Assembly (NCBI GenBank): GCA_033442325.1
Contig: JAWQFM010000014.1
Coordinates: 571,312 to 635,311, forward strand
Reading direction: 5' to 3'
DNA: 64,000 nucleotides
From: Salpingoeca rosetta
Taxonomy: Eukaryota; Protista; Choanoflagellata
In this document: piece by piece, positions 35,829 to 54,999 of the stretch
Numbering within the stretch: the stretch's first letter is position 1
Layout: each line of letters starts with the position of its first letter
Translations under genes and position numbers: made by a program
The notes under the pieces: model-generated
Database searches by the model: none
What the model was told of the DNA's origin: nothing
Seen by the model: the letters and a program-made list of their open reading frames with translations, nothing else

Positions 35829-37025
35829 CGTGCGCAAGGTTTACCAACCACTGGTGTCGATTCCGTGGCAACTTCGTGCAGCACAACTGAGGACGATGAA
35901 GAAGATGATGATATGGCGTCCGCTAATGACGATGACGATGGCGAGCGCGCTGCCAGTGCCGCCATGCGTGCTTGAATCGCAGAGGACGCATCGCGGCCAG
36001 GAAACACAGGCAACACGGGCTTCCTTGGAGTCTTGTGCGTCGACGAGGGTGAAGACGGGTGCACGGTCGCGGCCGCCTTGGGCCGTGTTGCGGTGGTGCC
36101 ACGTGATGCACCCGCTGTTGTGTTGACCGGTGGCAATTTACCGACATGGGGAGTGTGAGCAGGGTGTGCGGGGCGAGCAGGCGACACATCTGCACTCGAC
36201 GGTTCACTCCACACGCGATCACGCATGACGCCTTCATCAAGATCAAAGGGACCGGCAGAGGCTGCTGTTGTGGGTGATGTTGGCGTCATTGCAGATGGAG
36301 AAGGCAGATGCCGGCCTTTCTTCGGCTTCCTTGTTAGCTTGCTCTTTGGGCGTCGTTCACGGTGCTGCTGGTGCTGGCGCTGCTGCTGGTGCTGCGCTGC
36401 CGCTCGCGTGTTTCCTTCCATTGGCAGCGCCTGTGGGAGCGGTGAAGATGGCGGTGACAGCCGTGACGCACCAGCATCATCGCCATCATCAACACTTCCT
36501 GTTGTTGGTGGTGTTGTCGATGCTGTTGTTGCTGCCTTGTGTTCTGAGGCGCGTTTGGTCACTTTCGCGCGCTTTGCTGCCAGGGTGTCGCCGTCACGCG
36601 CTGCGCTGGCCCTGTGCTTCTTCGCACCTTTACCTGTTCTCGCTGAGGCAACACTCGACGACGGTGCGGCTGATGTGGATCGCGGCGCCCGTCGCAATGG
36701 GGTGGAGCCGCTAGCGGAACGAGACAACGACGCCGCTGATACCGTTTCTCCGCTGGACAAGAGCTCATCTTCGCCCTCTGCTGCAGCGAGTGTGGCGTGG
36801 TAGGCCATGACAGACGCGTGGGCCATTCGCGTGTTGTCGCTGTTTCCGTTGACGTCGTCGTGCACAACAATGATGTCTGCGCCTCCTTCTTCCAAAAAGT
36901 CCATCTCCTCATCAACGTCATCACCAACCATGGTATCAGCCCCTCCTTTCCTTCTACAGTGTCCCGACTTCCGTGCCTGGCTCTTGGCTGATTTTTTCTT
37001 CTGTTTCCCCCTCTGCTGCTGCTGC

Positions 37026-37082
<57 letters not shown>

Positions 37083-38458
37083 CTCCTTTTGCTGCTACTG
37101 TTGACTCTGCGCGCCTTTGGAGTGCTGCTGGCCGAGCGGCGGGAAAACTGTGGCGAAGACGGAGGTGTGATGCCGTCAACAGCACCATCGTCGACATCAG
37201 CACGCGCACCAGTTCCACGCGGCCGTGACACGCTCGAGGTGGACGATACGTCCGAATCCCCACGCTTCCCTTTCCCCCTCGACCCACGTCGTGTCTTCTC
37301 CCGGGATGATGTCCGCTTTGATGACGACGCTGCTGTTGCTGTTGTTGCTACTGATGCTGTTGTTGAAGTGGTTGTTGATCGCCGTCGGGTGCGCTGGCGG
37401 GATGTGGCTGCTTCGCTTGAGTGTGGCGATGACAGCAGTGCATCATCACCTTCATCAAAGTCCTCCTCCTTCACATCACGATCTGTGATTGCCATTGCGC
37501 TGCGCTGCCGCTGCTGCCGTTGTTGGCGTTGTTGGCGTTGGTGTGTGTGAGGGGCGTGTTGCTGGTCAGGTGCAGCCGTTGCGATGGTGCCTGCAGCCAT
37601 CAGCACCATGGCTTTGCCATCGCTCGACCTGAGCAGCTTCCCTGCCCGGTCAGGGGTGCGCATGCCACCACGGCCTGATGAAGCTGGGCGTGCCGTGGTG
37701 GTTGAGGTGGGCGTGGCCGCAGTCGTGTCACTACTCGCCTGCAACAAAGGCGTTCGTTTCATGTCTTCATCGCCAGCGTATGCACGCCGGACAGAGCGGC
37801 GCGAGCGAGAGGACCGCGAGTGGCGCACGTCTGCTGCAATGCTGTCACTATCACCACCCAGGTGCCCAAGGTCCTCGTCTTTCACGGCAGCAGACGACTG
37901 CGGAGGCGCACTGCCTGTGCTGCCGTTGGTGTGGAGGCGTAGAGGATGAAATGCAGAGGACGCGTTGGCCACGCGATGAAACGCAGATTGCGCCACTCGA
38001 CTAACACCACGAGCCTGGTGGTGCTGTCGCTGCTGTTGATGTTGCTGATGTTGCTGATGTTGCTGTTGCAGTGGATTTCTTACCCACTTGAGCTGCCATG
38101 CATCTGTGGTGTCTACTGTTGCGGTGCTTGTTGCTGGCGGGCGACCAACAGCCATCCCACTGCCACCACCACCACTGGCACCGCCACTGGCACGACCCCC
38201 ACGCTGCCGCTGGTGCTCTTGCTGCTCTTGCTGCTGTTGTTGTGGTCGCCGTGTGCTGCTGCGGTGTGCGGGCAGCGGGCGCTCGCACTCGGCCGCGTGT
38301 GCGTATGCAAACGAGTGTGGGCGTGGGGGGAACCAGACCGGGTTTGAGTACAGGGGCGGGTCTGACACGAGGAGGCGAAAGGGAAACAGCGGCGCCAGAA
38401 ACGGATGCTGCAGTGCTTCCAACGGCGTCATGCGCTTGGCTACAACACCAGTACACAC

Positions 38459-38522
<64 letters not shown>

Positions 38523-39282
38523 ATGCACGTGCAAGCGGGAATGACAAACAAGACACAGTGCTCGATTCGCGATGGAACTCACAAGGCGCGGGATGGAGCA
38601 TGCCAGCAAGGAAGCTGGCAAAGCTTGGGTGGTTGAAGTGAAGATGCTCCTGAAGCCGTGATGCAAGGGCCGCGTGCCTGCAGGCAACGACGAAAAAAAA
38701 AAAGCGGAGACCATTGTGATGAATCGTCACGGAAAGGGGGGGGGGGATTGTCGCCCCATAGTATTGTATTTTGCTCTGTTTCGGCGTGGTGTGTGTGTGT
38801 GTGTGTGTGTGTGTAAGTGTGTGTCCGTCATGGTGCAGGGGAGGCGCGTGCGATATGGGCATACATGCGGTCGAGCGGTTCGTGTGGCGTTGAGGGCCGG
38901 CTGTCCACGTGCTGGGAGAACTGCAACAACAGCAGTGGAGGGAATACAGTGGTGAGCAACCCGACAATCGCCAGGAACTGCAGCACATTATGTGGTTGCG
39001 TGCGCGAATGCATCGCACACACAAATACACACGCACGCACTCACTGAATGCACACACGCACATGCACATACACACATGCACATGCACACACACGTACACA
39101 TACGCATGCAAGGTGCGCACCCTGGCGTAGAATTTGCCTGCGGTGTACATGTGTGGCAGGTGTCCTGTCAGTGCGACGATGCTGCTGACGACGTCATCCG
39201 GTGTTGAGCCGCCAAACGGGACGCGACCAAGCAGCAGCTGGAAAGGGGCGGTGGGGGAGGGGAGATGAAGAGAGAGAGAGAG

Positions 39283-39316
<34 letters not shown>

Positions 39317-41850
39317 AGTGTATGTGTGTATGTGTGTCAGTGAGAGAGTGTGTATGTGTGTTTGTGTGTATGTGCATGTGTGTCAGTGTGAGAGTGTGTG
39401 TATGTGTGTATGTGTGTATGTGTGTATGTGTGTATGTGAGTGGGAACCATGTGCATCGTTTCAATGTTCACTGGTGCAAGCTATCTTGTACGTGCAGGTA
39501 TGCTGTACCTCGAGCAAGATGCAACCGGCTGACCACATGTCAATCTCCGGACCAAAAGGAATGCCAAAGTACACCTGTGCATGAAATACAACACGCGAGT
39601 ACGCGTGCACGTGAGCGTGCATCACGGTTTGAGTCCAGGCACGAGTCCAGACGTTCGCCACAACAAGACTACAACCATCGCCATGATCACAGCTGCCACT
39701 ACCGCCACCAATAACAGATACTGCGATACTTGTCACCTCTGGTGCACGATAGAGCGGTGTCTGGATGTCAAACGAGTCGTAGTATGGAGCAACAGCCTCC
39801 TCCGTGTTGCTGATGGCATTGCCAAAGTCAGCAACTTTGATGAAGCACGAGTTGGCGGCGTCTGCGGTGATGAGCGGTTGTGATGAGTGGTTGTGATGAG
39901 TGGTAGTGACGAGTGGTGGTGATGGTGTTCATGGTGAGCAGCAAGTTTGGTAGCATGGGAAAATAGGTAGTGGGAAACCACACAACATTGGTTGTTGCCG
40001 TACAGCAGCACAGACATACACACGTAGAAACACACAAACACATGCATCCATCAGCACACACGCGCGCATACGCAGACACACACACACACACACACACACA
40101 CGCACGCACACACGCAAACACATACACACACACGCACGCACCATCACGGAGGAGAACGTTGTCTGGTTTAAGATCGGCGTGGATGATGTTGGCATGACGA
40201 AACACGGCCTAAGGGAATTGAACGCACACGTGCACGTGCACACATGCACACAAATATCAGACGCACGACACGAGAAGAAAGGTGATGATGTGGCGTTCAC
40301 GCGCACACGCGAGATGCCATGATGTGACACAATGACAACAACACGTGCAAGGCGGCAAGCGCTGTGTGTACATGTGCATATATGACACGTACGAGCGCAG
40401 TCAGAAGCTGGGCGGCCACCTTGCGCACAGCCTGTAACTTGAGACTCGCTGTCTCATACGCAACAACACAGCACAATTTAGAAGTGAGAGTGTGTGTGTG
40501 AGTGAGTGAGTGCGAGTAAGAGAGAGAGAGAGTGTATGTGTGTGTGTGTGTGCGTGAGTGCGTGTGCGTGTGCGTGAGTGTGTGTGTGTGCGTGCTCATC
40601 ACACACCAAAGTGCACGACACTGCAGTGGTTGAACAGATGATTGTAACTTCCGCGCACACCACGCACACGCATGCGCGCGCATACGCACACACGCAGACC
40701 TGTGTTTGCTGCTTTGGTATTTGTGAACTGCGACGCTGTTTCCACTGCATGTTTCAGCTGTGTTGATGACAGCAACTGCACCATGGAACGTGTGATTCAC
40801 GTGTGCACGTGTGTGTATGCGCGTGTATGCGCGTGTATGTGTGTGCGCGCGCGCGTGTGTGTGTGTGTACACGTGAGACAAGACAACGGATGAAAGAAAG
40901 GTCGTGGAGATGAACGAAACACAAAATCAACACGTCAGCAGGACAAGCACGCACCTCGAACACGATGCAAAAGTGACCTGCAAACTCAAACGTGTTGATG
41001 CAGCGGACAACATGACATGTGCTGCGGTACAACGCGAACAGAAAACGGAATCATCGCTGTGTGCGTGAGCTTCGATGGATGAGGAGGGAGGTACCACTAA
41101 GGCATACATTCCACAAAAACACATGCATGCGAACAAGCATGCACTTGCACGTGGACACCTGCACAAAAACACAAACACACACATGCACACACACGCACGC
41201 ACACACAAACGCACACATGCACACCAACAAACAAAATGCACACCAACAAACAAACATGCACACACACACGCAAAGTACGCACTCTAGCGGGTCAAGGGTG
41301 TTGAGCTGGCGTGTGACGGTTGCTTCGTGTGAGCCCAGCTGTGCAAACTGGGCGTGCATGATCTTGATAGCGACGTGACTGTGGGTGGGGCAGTAGGTAT
41401 CCTCGGCGCGGATCAGGAGCGCAAAACCGCCACGCCCAATGCTGCGCAGATACCGGTATCTCCCACCGAGCAAAGGCACTGCCCATCCCCAGCAAAGCAA
41501 CAAGAAATCAGCGAACCAGCGAACCAGCGAACCAGCGATGCTGAGGGGAGATGGACAGACAACTGACTGTGACACGGCACGCGGGATGCACGCAGACGCA
41601 TGATGTGCACCGCGTCCAATAACACCACTCCCACTCCATACTGTGCTCCGCATCTCCTCCGCATTGTCACTACACGCTCACCTGGAGGCACAGGCTGAAA
41701 GCAGCCATCTTCGGCAGTCAGGCGACTCAGATCTACTCCCCGCAAAACACCAAGGACACCAGCAACAGTGTCACAGTGAGTGCGTAAACCAATAACCAAC
41801 CGAAGCACAGCCAGACATTGGAGGCGTTCAACGCTTTCAGGCTCCGCCAT
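35412..41850 (-). CDS. CMGC protein kinase (DYRK/PRP4/SRPK-like) with a disordered C-terminal extension of about 1000 aa
   Basis: Spliced motifs [84 protein letters not shown]. Start may be 41850 or 41928; the last exon is inferred. Confidence 0.85.
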
Positions 41851-42580
41851 GAACAACCACGACAACCTGCACAAACTAAAGCGGCATGTGGGCCAACCAC
41901 TCCCAACTTTTCGTCGCCACAGAGACATGCCATCACGACTTCACTGTGCTACACGCCACCTTCTTGCTGCTCCTGCTTTGGCTGTTGGTGTTGTGCTCGT
42001 CCATGGTGTGCGCCGTCATCGCGCTGCTGTGCCACAGACGAGTACAGCTGCGTCAACCCAGCCGTTGCCCGGCTCACAACGTTCGCCATAGCTACACTTT
42101 ATGGTGTCGGCTGGAGCGTGCCTTGATGGTGCCTTGACACTCCTACACAAATCCTTGACACTACAGACTACTCCTCCATACTTCTGTTTTGGTGTTCCGA
42201 GGTTCCTTGCTTGTTCGAATAGTCGAATGGTGTGTTCTGCTCTGCTCTGCTCTGTAAGTCTAGTAAGTATGGTGAGCTTGTCTGGTGTGTTCTGCTGAGC
42301 TTGTCTTGTCGACATCCCTTCTCCTCTCCTCTGCATGTTCTCCACGCGCCTGCAACGCGCTGGCACTCGACCTTCAACTGACACGCTCTCTACTTCCAGT
42401 ACTTCTCTTGCTCCTCTGCCTCTGTCAGAGCCCTCGAGCCCAAGAGCCCTCCTCACATCTTGCTCTTATCAGTTGGTCAGTTTGTGTATTCGTCACACGT
42501 AGCAAACTTCCTCCCAGTGCCGTACATTCATCCTTGGATGCGTCATGTAACCATTCACACACACACAGAGACACCCGCGT

Positions 42581-43206
42581 TCAAGAACTGTTTAGGAGCG
42601 AGTGGATGTGCATGTGGTCAAGGGAAGATGACGATGAGGAAAGAGGGGAGTCGTGTTCGTAAACGCGTGGGTGGTGAAAGTGGCGCGACTGCTCGCGGTG
42701 ATGATGCTTGTGGTGGTAACGGTGTGGTGTTGAGCGAGAGCAACTTGTGGCAGGACGCCCAGCGTTGCCGCCGAAACTGTCTTGCTTGCTCTTTCTTCTT
42801 TCTTCCCCGTCGTCATCGTCATCCTCGTCGGAACCGAGGACGGCAATGAGGAACGCATTGAGCTCCAACTCCAGCTGTCGCTCTTGCTCCACAAGCCTTT
42901 CGCGTTGATCAGGCGTCAGGGCCTTCTTACGCAGCTCGGCCACTGAAACAACACAAGTACAACCGGCAGAGGCATCAAGACACCAAGAAGATTCGTGTCA
43001 GGCTCTCTCGTGCGGGATGCAGCTTGCTGGGGACTAAACCCGAGACAGACCCGCGAGTTTCGCTTCATGAAACCAACGGGGACGACAGGGCGACAGGGTC
43101 AAACAAAACACTGCACAACGACAACACAGGCATGCGCATGCGTGACTGAAGGAGCCAAAGGAGGAGGTCGTGGTGGTGGAAGAGCAACCTGCCCCAAAAC
43201 CCTCCT

Positions 43207-43304
<98 letters not shown>

Positions 43305-44415
43305 GCACACACACAAGCACACACAAGCACACACACAAGCACACACACAAGCACACACACAAGCACACACACACACATAAGGGCAACCACACACGCACAC
43401 ACGCAAAAGCAAGCACAAACACAAACACCAGGTATGTTTTGTTTGCCTTGTGATTGAAGGGTGCTCAGCTCTGTGTCGAGAGAGCGGGCCATCTCAGCGA
43501 TGTGTGGGTCTTGATGCAGTCGCCTTTGCTCTTCTTCCGCCTTTGTCAGGGCCGTGCGTGTCTCCTCCAGCAAGCCTGCCGTGCTTGACTGGAGTGCAGT
43601 GTCCCACTCGTCTCCTTGCGACTTCGCTATTGCTGCAGCCGGTGTGCTGGAGAACGCAAGCGTGGTTGGTTGGAGCGTGTTCTGTATCCAGCTTGCCAGC
43701 GCTTGCCCATCCTGACAGCCCCTGGACTGCAATGGTGTGCCGCTGATGCCAAGCTTGTCGCACTTGGACCGCAGTTCCTGCTGAGCCTAACCGTCATGTC
43801 ACAAATGACGAAGGTCACCCGTTAACAGCCAGAGAAAGCACGTTGTCACAAACCCGGGACAGCCACCCGCAACCGCATGTCGTGTGCAAGCGCTTTCCGA
43901 GGCACTTCGCCCACAAAGCATGTGCATGCGCAGACACGCTCTCACTCACAACATCCAAACACTCGTCTGTAACCACTCACAATCACGAACAAACACGTGC
44001 GTGCACACTCACACGTCCCATCACGCTCTCGGCGTACCTGTAATAACTCGGTGCGAAGCTGCTGTCGTTTGAGGTGGAGCCGCTGTCGTGTACGCTGCCA
44101 TGCTGTGTACCGCGCAGCGGTTTCTCGCAGCACACCGGCCGCCTTTGCCAGGCGCTCCCTTGCACTGTGCAGGAACTCCACTTGCTTGGCTTCTGCTTCC
44201 AGCACTGCGATTCGCAGAAGTTGTGAGAATGAAGAAGCAAGTGAGGCCTGCCTGAACCCCTCACAAGGTCGGGCACGGCAATGAAAGATACGGAAGAGGA
44301 GATTGGCGTTCCTGCAGCGCGCACAACTTCGGGATGGAAGAATGTAACTTGTGTCTCTGCAAACAAATAGCACCCACGACTCACATTGCTGTTCGAGGGC
44401 TGCGATATTGGCCAT
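42581..44415 (-). CDS. Hypothetical coiled-coil protein (multi-exon), divergent from the TERB1-like gene
   Basis: Helical exon-like segments (LLRIAVLEAEAKQVEFL..., LLEETRTALTKAEEEQRRL, ELRKKALTPDQRERLVEQERQLELEL) separated by repeat-containing introns. No family recognised. Confidence 0.5.
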
Positions 44416-44641
44416 CCTCGTCTCCTTCTGAATTGCTTTGCCTGTTTGCGTGCACGGCAGGCTGCAGGTTCTGCAGAAACAAGTGTGGTGCTGGTGCTGG
44501 TGCTGGTGCTGGTGCTGGTGCTGGTGCTGGTGCTGGTGCTGGTGCTGGTGCTGGTGCTGGTGCTGATGGTGCTGGTGTGCTACACAGACGAAGAGTGCAC
44601 CAATGCTTGTGGTGTGTGTATGAAGAAGACAAGGCGATGAA

Positions 44642-44655
44642 TTTTGGCGGGAAAA
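44642..44655. promoter_or_regulatory. E2F-type site TTTTGGCGGGAAAA in the bidirectional promoter region; second site TTTGGCGCC at 44954-44962
   Basis: Matches TTTSSCGC (TTTCCCGC on the minus strand). Confidence 0.55.
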
Positions 44656-44962
44656 TGAACACACACACACACACACACACTAATCTTTGCAGGTGTAACG
44701 AAGAAGCAAAGAAGCCATCTCATCGTTCGCTACATGAGCTCGTTTGTGCACTGTGCTCACTCTAATCACACAGATCTTGGTAGCACCAACACATAACCAA
44801 CACACGCCTCCAGTACTTAGACACAACGCCGCAAACACAAAAACACATTGTACCTCAAGTTCCACAGGCGCATTCCCTTCCAGGGTGTCGTCAAATAGTA
44901 TTCACTCGCACCACCGCACACACAAACGGCATACGGCAAAACGCAAGTCGTCCTTTGGCGCC

Positions 44963-50241
<5,279 letters not shown>

Positions 50242-50895
50242 CCCGGTTGCTGTTTTGATGGATAGTTTGGCCACCTTGCTCTCATGCTTGCTTGTGGGTC
50301 GATGTTGCGGGCTTGTACGCTCTGGTTCGATGGTTACACTCTCTGGCTGTTGTACTGTGTGTTGTACTTGGGGCGTTACACTCGCGGGTCATGATACAAA
50401 AATACAAAGGACAGAAAGGGCCGCTCGGAAAATGTAGACATGTACTGATTTGGACTGGGACCAGGGGAACGGAACAAAGCACACCTGCACACGTGCAGGC
50501 GCATGTATATGCACACGAGCACACAATAGCAGAACATGACCAAGTGTACGGCACGGGCAACAAGGACGAACTGACAGTCTTGAGCATCCACGACAGCATT
50601 AAGCTCACGAGCTTCCGGTGTTGTCGATACTCAAGCCATTGGCTGCCTGGATTGGGTTGAAGAGGCATGTGATTTGTGTTGACAGAGATGGCAGAGTGAG
50701 CAACAAGCGGTCAACGGGTCAAGTGGTCAATGGGTGCGCATCGATAAAGAAAAAAGGGAGTGATCAAGTGAGCACAGTCCTCCTGAGTGGCAGGCCGCAT
50801 CACAACACCAATCAACAAATGAAGCACAAATCACTCTTCCACTGCAGACACAGTATCGCGCACAACTGCGGGAATGCAAGCACCCGTACTCTTAC

Positions 50896-52324
50896 TCACA
50901 AGAGCTTGACGATGGCTGTTGATTGCTGCCGCAGGCGCGTTCGCAGCGTCTCCACCTCGGCTTGTACCTGGGCCTGATGGAGAGAAGGCGGGCAGGGGCA
51001 GATCGCAAATCGCGCACGTATGAGTGAGGGAGGGGGGGTGAGTCGGCAGTTGAGGGAAGGGTTTGGAAAGATGTTGCAGATGGATATGAGAGGCTGAGCT
51101 GACACGATAACACGGCGCATTTCAACCCAACACCTTGAAATGCGGCCAGCATCAGTAGACAACAAAGGCTTACGTGGTAAGAGTGGTAAGCTGCTGTAAT
51201 CTCCTCCAGTGTCTGAAGGAACTCGGCTTCTTGCTTCTTCAACTGCTCCTCGTGCGTCTTCTGCGTCGCTCTGACGGCCTCTTCGTATTGGCCAGACAGG
51301 TCCTGAGGAGCAACAGCAATGGATAAGAAGAAGAAGAGAAGGATACAAGTTGAAAGGCAGCAAGGAAAGCAACGCAGAACACAAGCAAGGGGGCAGACGA
51401 AGCAAATCACCCTTACAAACACACGCACACACCCTTGGTTTAAGCAGACCTGAAATGCAGTAAGAACGACGGCCCAACGCTGTGAATCCTCGAGCAACAC
51501 GCGACGAGAGTCATCGACCCCTTCCTTCGCTTTGAGTTCGTTCAAGCTGCAGACACACACACACGAACACACACGAACACACACGAACACACACACACAC
51601 ACACACCAGTACGCAGGGGCATGGTCGATGAGAATCGGCGAGCGAGACAGAAGTGTGTCTCAACGCAGGTTACACAACACCCCAACACGCTTCCGCCCTT
51701 GCCTCGCTTCAAGCGTACACAGTTAGCTCATCGCACATTCTTTCTTTACCGTTCCTCGACAGCTTGAAGCGAGGATTGCACGGTCTGCTTGAGTGTTGCC
51801 GCCTGTGCTTTACACAGTGTCTCAAGTTTCTTCTTCTTCTGCGGATTCTCGTCCTTCTTCGGCTTGAGTTGCTTCAGGATGTTCTCAAAGTCCCTGAGGC
51901 GCGCGTGTAACAGTGTTTCAGTGAGAGGGCGCGCGCGGGTGTGTGCGAGTGCGGGTGTGTGTGTGTGTGTGAATAAGTGCGCGAATACAGTGCTTTTGCG
52001 TCGCACTCGCTTCTTGACAAACCACCCCCTTTGTTGTACATCTCGCTTTGAGACGTCGTGTGGTAACGTACAGGTCAAAGCCGTTCGCGTCCCCGCTACC
52101 ATCCTGTACATCAGTGTTTGTGGGGGGGGGGCAAGGGATGAGCACAGCATAGGATGGTTTAGATGGTTTGGTGGTCTGATACAAGGATACACACCCAGTC
52201 TCTGCCTGTCACTGTCATCCCTTCCCCAACCCCCCCCCACACACACGTTGGAACTCACACCGCCCCACACACGAACCCGTACCATGGAGGCTTCGTCGTG
52301 ATCCCTCTTCCCGCGCCTTGGCAT
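50896..52324 (-). CDS. Coiled-coil protein of about 175 aa, possibly SYCP3/Cor1-like
   Basis: Six exons join in frame: MPRRGKRDHDEASM|DGSGDANGFDL|DFENILKQ...KKKKLETLCKA...EER|LNELK...W...FQ|DLSGQY...EFLQTLEEI...YH|AQVQAE...AIVKLL*. The gene model is well supported; the family assignment is tentative. Confidence 0.6.
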
Positions 52325-52521
52325 GTTGATCTTGTGTGTGCTGTGTGCTAATGGACGTCGTGTGCTTGCACTCTGTGATATGACACGTCCAACTGTTGCT
52401 GTGATGAATGACGCATAGTACTCGAAGCCCGCGTAACAGACATCACCAAGGCTGCACGCTACACCTCAATCGCAGAGATTACTCGCGCCCTCCTCTCCCC
52501 CCTCCCCTCTTTCATGCACGG

Positions 52522-52630
52522 TTTGGCGCCAAAACCAAACCCTTCCTCTTGCTGCTCCTGGTGCTGCTGCTCGACGTCACATCATGTCGTTTCAATGTGT
52601 ACAAAACTGCCAGGGTTTTTCGCGCCAAAA
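52522..52630. promoter_or_regulatory. Two E2F-type palindromic sites (TTTGGCGCCAAA 52522-52533; TTTTCGCGCCAAAA 52617-52630) upstream of the SYCP3-like gene
   Basis: Both contain TTTSSCGC matches on both strands, 200-300 bp upstream of ATG 52324. Confidence 0.6.
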
Positions 52631-52680
52631 ACGTGTGTACAAGGCAAGCAGAAGTGTGTAGAAGGAAACAGGAAAGAAGG

Positions 52681-53301
52681 TCACGCTGTCGCCGCATCTT
52701 CCGTCGGAGCCGGGTCATTGCCATAAGTGGGTTCCTCAGGCTGACTCATGTTGCTCTCCCCTGTCGCCCCACCAGCACCAAGGGCCGGCGGGTCGATTGC
52801 TTGCTCCACACCATCGCGACCACTATCCGCTGTGGTGTCGCCCTGACCGCCCTCAGCATCATGGCCAGCATCAGCATCATCACCGTCGTTGTCGTCGTCG
52901 TCGTCGTCATCATGGTCAGCATTAGCATCATGGTTATCGTTCTCATCATCACCGTTCTCATCAGGACGATCAGTTTCCACGCCCTTGTCACCGTCGTAGG
53001 CGTCAAGGCTCAGTGACACGCCGAGCTGCTCCGCCAATTCACGCAGTTCCGGAAAGAGCTTGGTCCGATCAATGTGCGGGTTTCGCGCAATGTGGTGGTC
53101 AAACACGCTTTGGATCGCCCTGCGAATCGCACCAGCACACAAGAGGCAGCAAGAAGCAAGCAGGCGTCAGAACAGCACACAACAGGCGCAAGCACCCACG
53201 CGAAGGTTGCGCGTGCCACGGTCAAACAAGAGGTGCTTGGCAAGCACTGCAACGGTTGCCCACGCAGATGGCGGAGAGACGCAGAACAACCACCCCATGC
53301 G

Positions 53302-53378
<77 letters not shown>

Positions 53379-54905
53379 GTCTGTAACGAGGCCTTGGTCC
53401 AGGATCTCTCGCGTCACGGCGCTGACGACTTCCTGAATGTGGTCGTCATCGTCCATCATCTCTGGCAGCGGGTGCCGCGTCATTGCGTCCAGCGCGGCCT
53501 GATCACGTGTCAGCTCGTCCAGGCGCTCCTCCAAACGTTTGGAAAAGCCCGCCAGCGTTGTTGACAACACGGCCGCCTTTCGACTCGCAGTTGCCCACAG
53601 TGTCTTTGCAGAGGATGATGACGCCGCTGTGCGCGGTTTTGTGCCCTCAGTGTCCCGAGCAGCTGTGGCCGTGGTCGTTGCTGGGGTGGCACGTGATTGC
53701 CACAGCGCTGCGATGGACGATGTCGTTGCCGGTTTGTTCGCATCTGCATCCGCAGCGGGTGCCTGTGCACTGTCATCGCGAGCGGCAGCATCGTCAGTGC
53801 ACGTGCTGCCGTTATCGTACTCGTACTCTTGGGTGAGCGTGTCATGAAACCGAAGGCGTCGCGTGCGCTGCAAGTCGCCCCCACGAGCACTGTTGGCGCC
53901 ACCTTCAGCGCCATCATCATTGGCATTCCCATTCTTGTCATCGTCGCCGTCGTCATTGTCGCTGCCTCCACCATTGTGATCAGTGTCAGTCGAGGCAGGC
54001 TGCTGCCATAATCGCTGCGTCTTGGAGAGTTGATGCTCTTCACCACCGTTGCGGTCTGTGTTGGCAAATCCCACATGATCATCATCGTTGTCGGCCTCAG
54101 TTGTCAACCGTGCAGTTGTTGTTGCAGTTGCCGTTGCCGTTGCGTCCGTGTCAGCCCAGAGCGCCTGGGCCGGGTTCAGACGCACGGTGTCGTTTAGGGG
54201 GTCTGTTGGGGCCTCCGTAAGCAGGGTTGGCGTATGCTTGCCTGCTGGCATCCCTGCCTCCTCTGTACCGCCCCAAGTTTCAGCGACAGTGTTACCCTCG
54301 CCATCATCCCCGTCATCGTCAAGCCGCCGCGTAGCCATCAGATCATCGTCATTCCGGCGCGTTTGCTGTCAACGCAAACAGGAGTGAGTGAGTGAGTGAG
54401 TGAGTGAGTGAGTGAGTGAGTTTAGCCCATGCGTCTGCTTGAATGGTTGTACGCGACGTGTGTGGGTTTCGACACACTTTGAAGCTGCTTTCATGATCAT
54501 TTCGCTTCTTCATCATCACCTGGGTGGGTGGGCGCGAGCGCCTGTGCTGAGATGTTTTGGCCTGTCGTTGCTTCGCACGCTGCTTGCCCATATGGCTGTG
54601 TGTCATGCTTTTGGGAGGCCTGTTGTCAATCGTCGCTGTTGATGCCAAGCCCAGCAACAGCACAAGCCGACACGCAGCAACAGAAATTATTTGTGAGTGA
54701 GCTGGTGGGTGCGCGCCAATTTGTTGTTGTTTGCTTTTGTTGTTTGTTTGTTTGTTTGGTTGGTTGTTTGTTTGGTTGTTTGGTTGTTTGTTTGTTTGTT
54801 TGGTTGTTTGTTTGTTGTTGTTGTTGTTGTTGTTGTTGTTTGCTTTTGTTTGTTTGTTTGTTTGTTTGTTTGTTTGTTTGTTTGTTTGTTTGTTTGTTTG
54901 TTTGT

Positions 54906-54999
<94 letters not shown>

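Noticed and set aside
43740-43790. SKCDKLGISG similarity to CDK5RAP3
   Set aside because: Only a short motif; the rest of the protein does not match.
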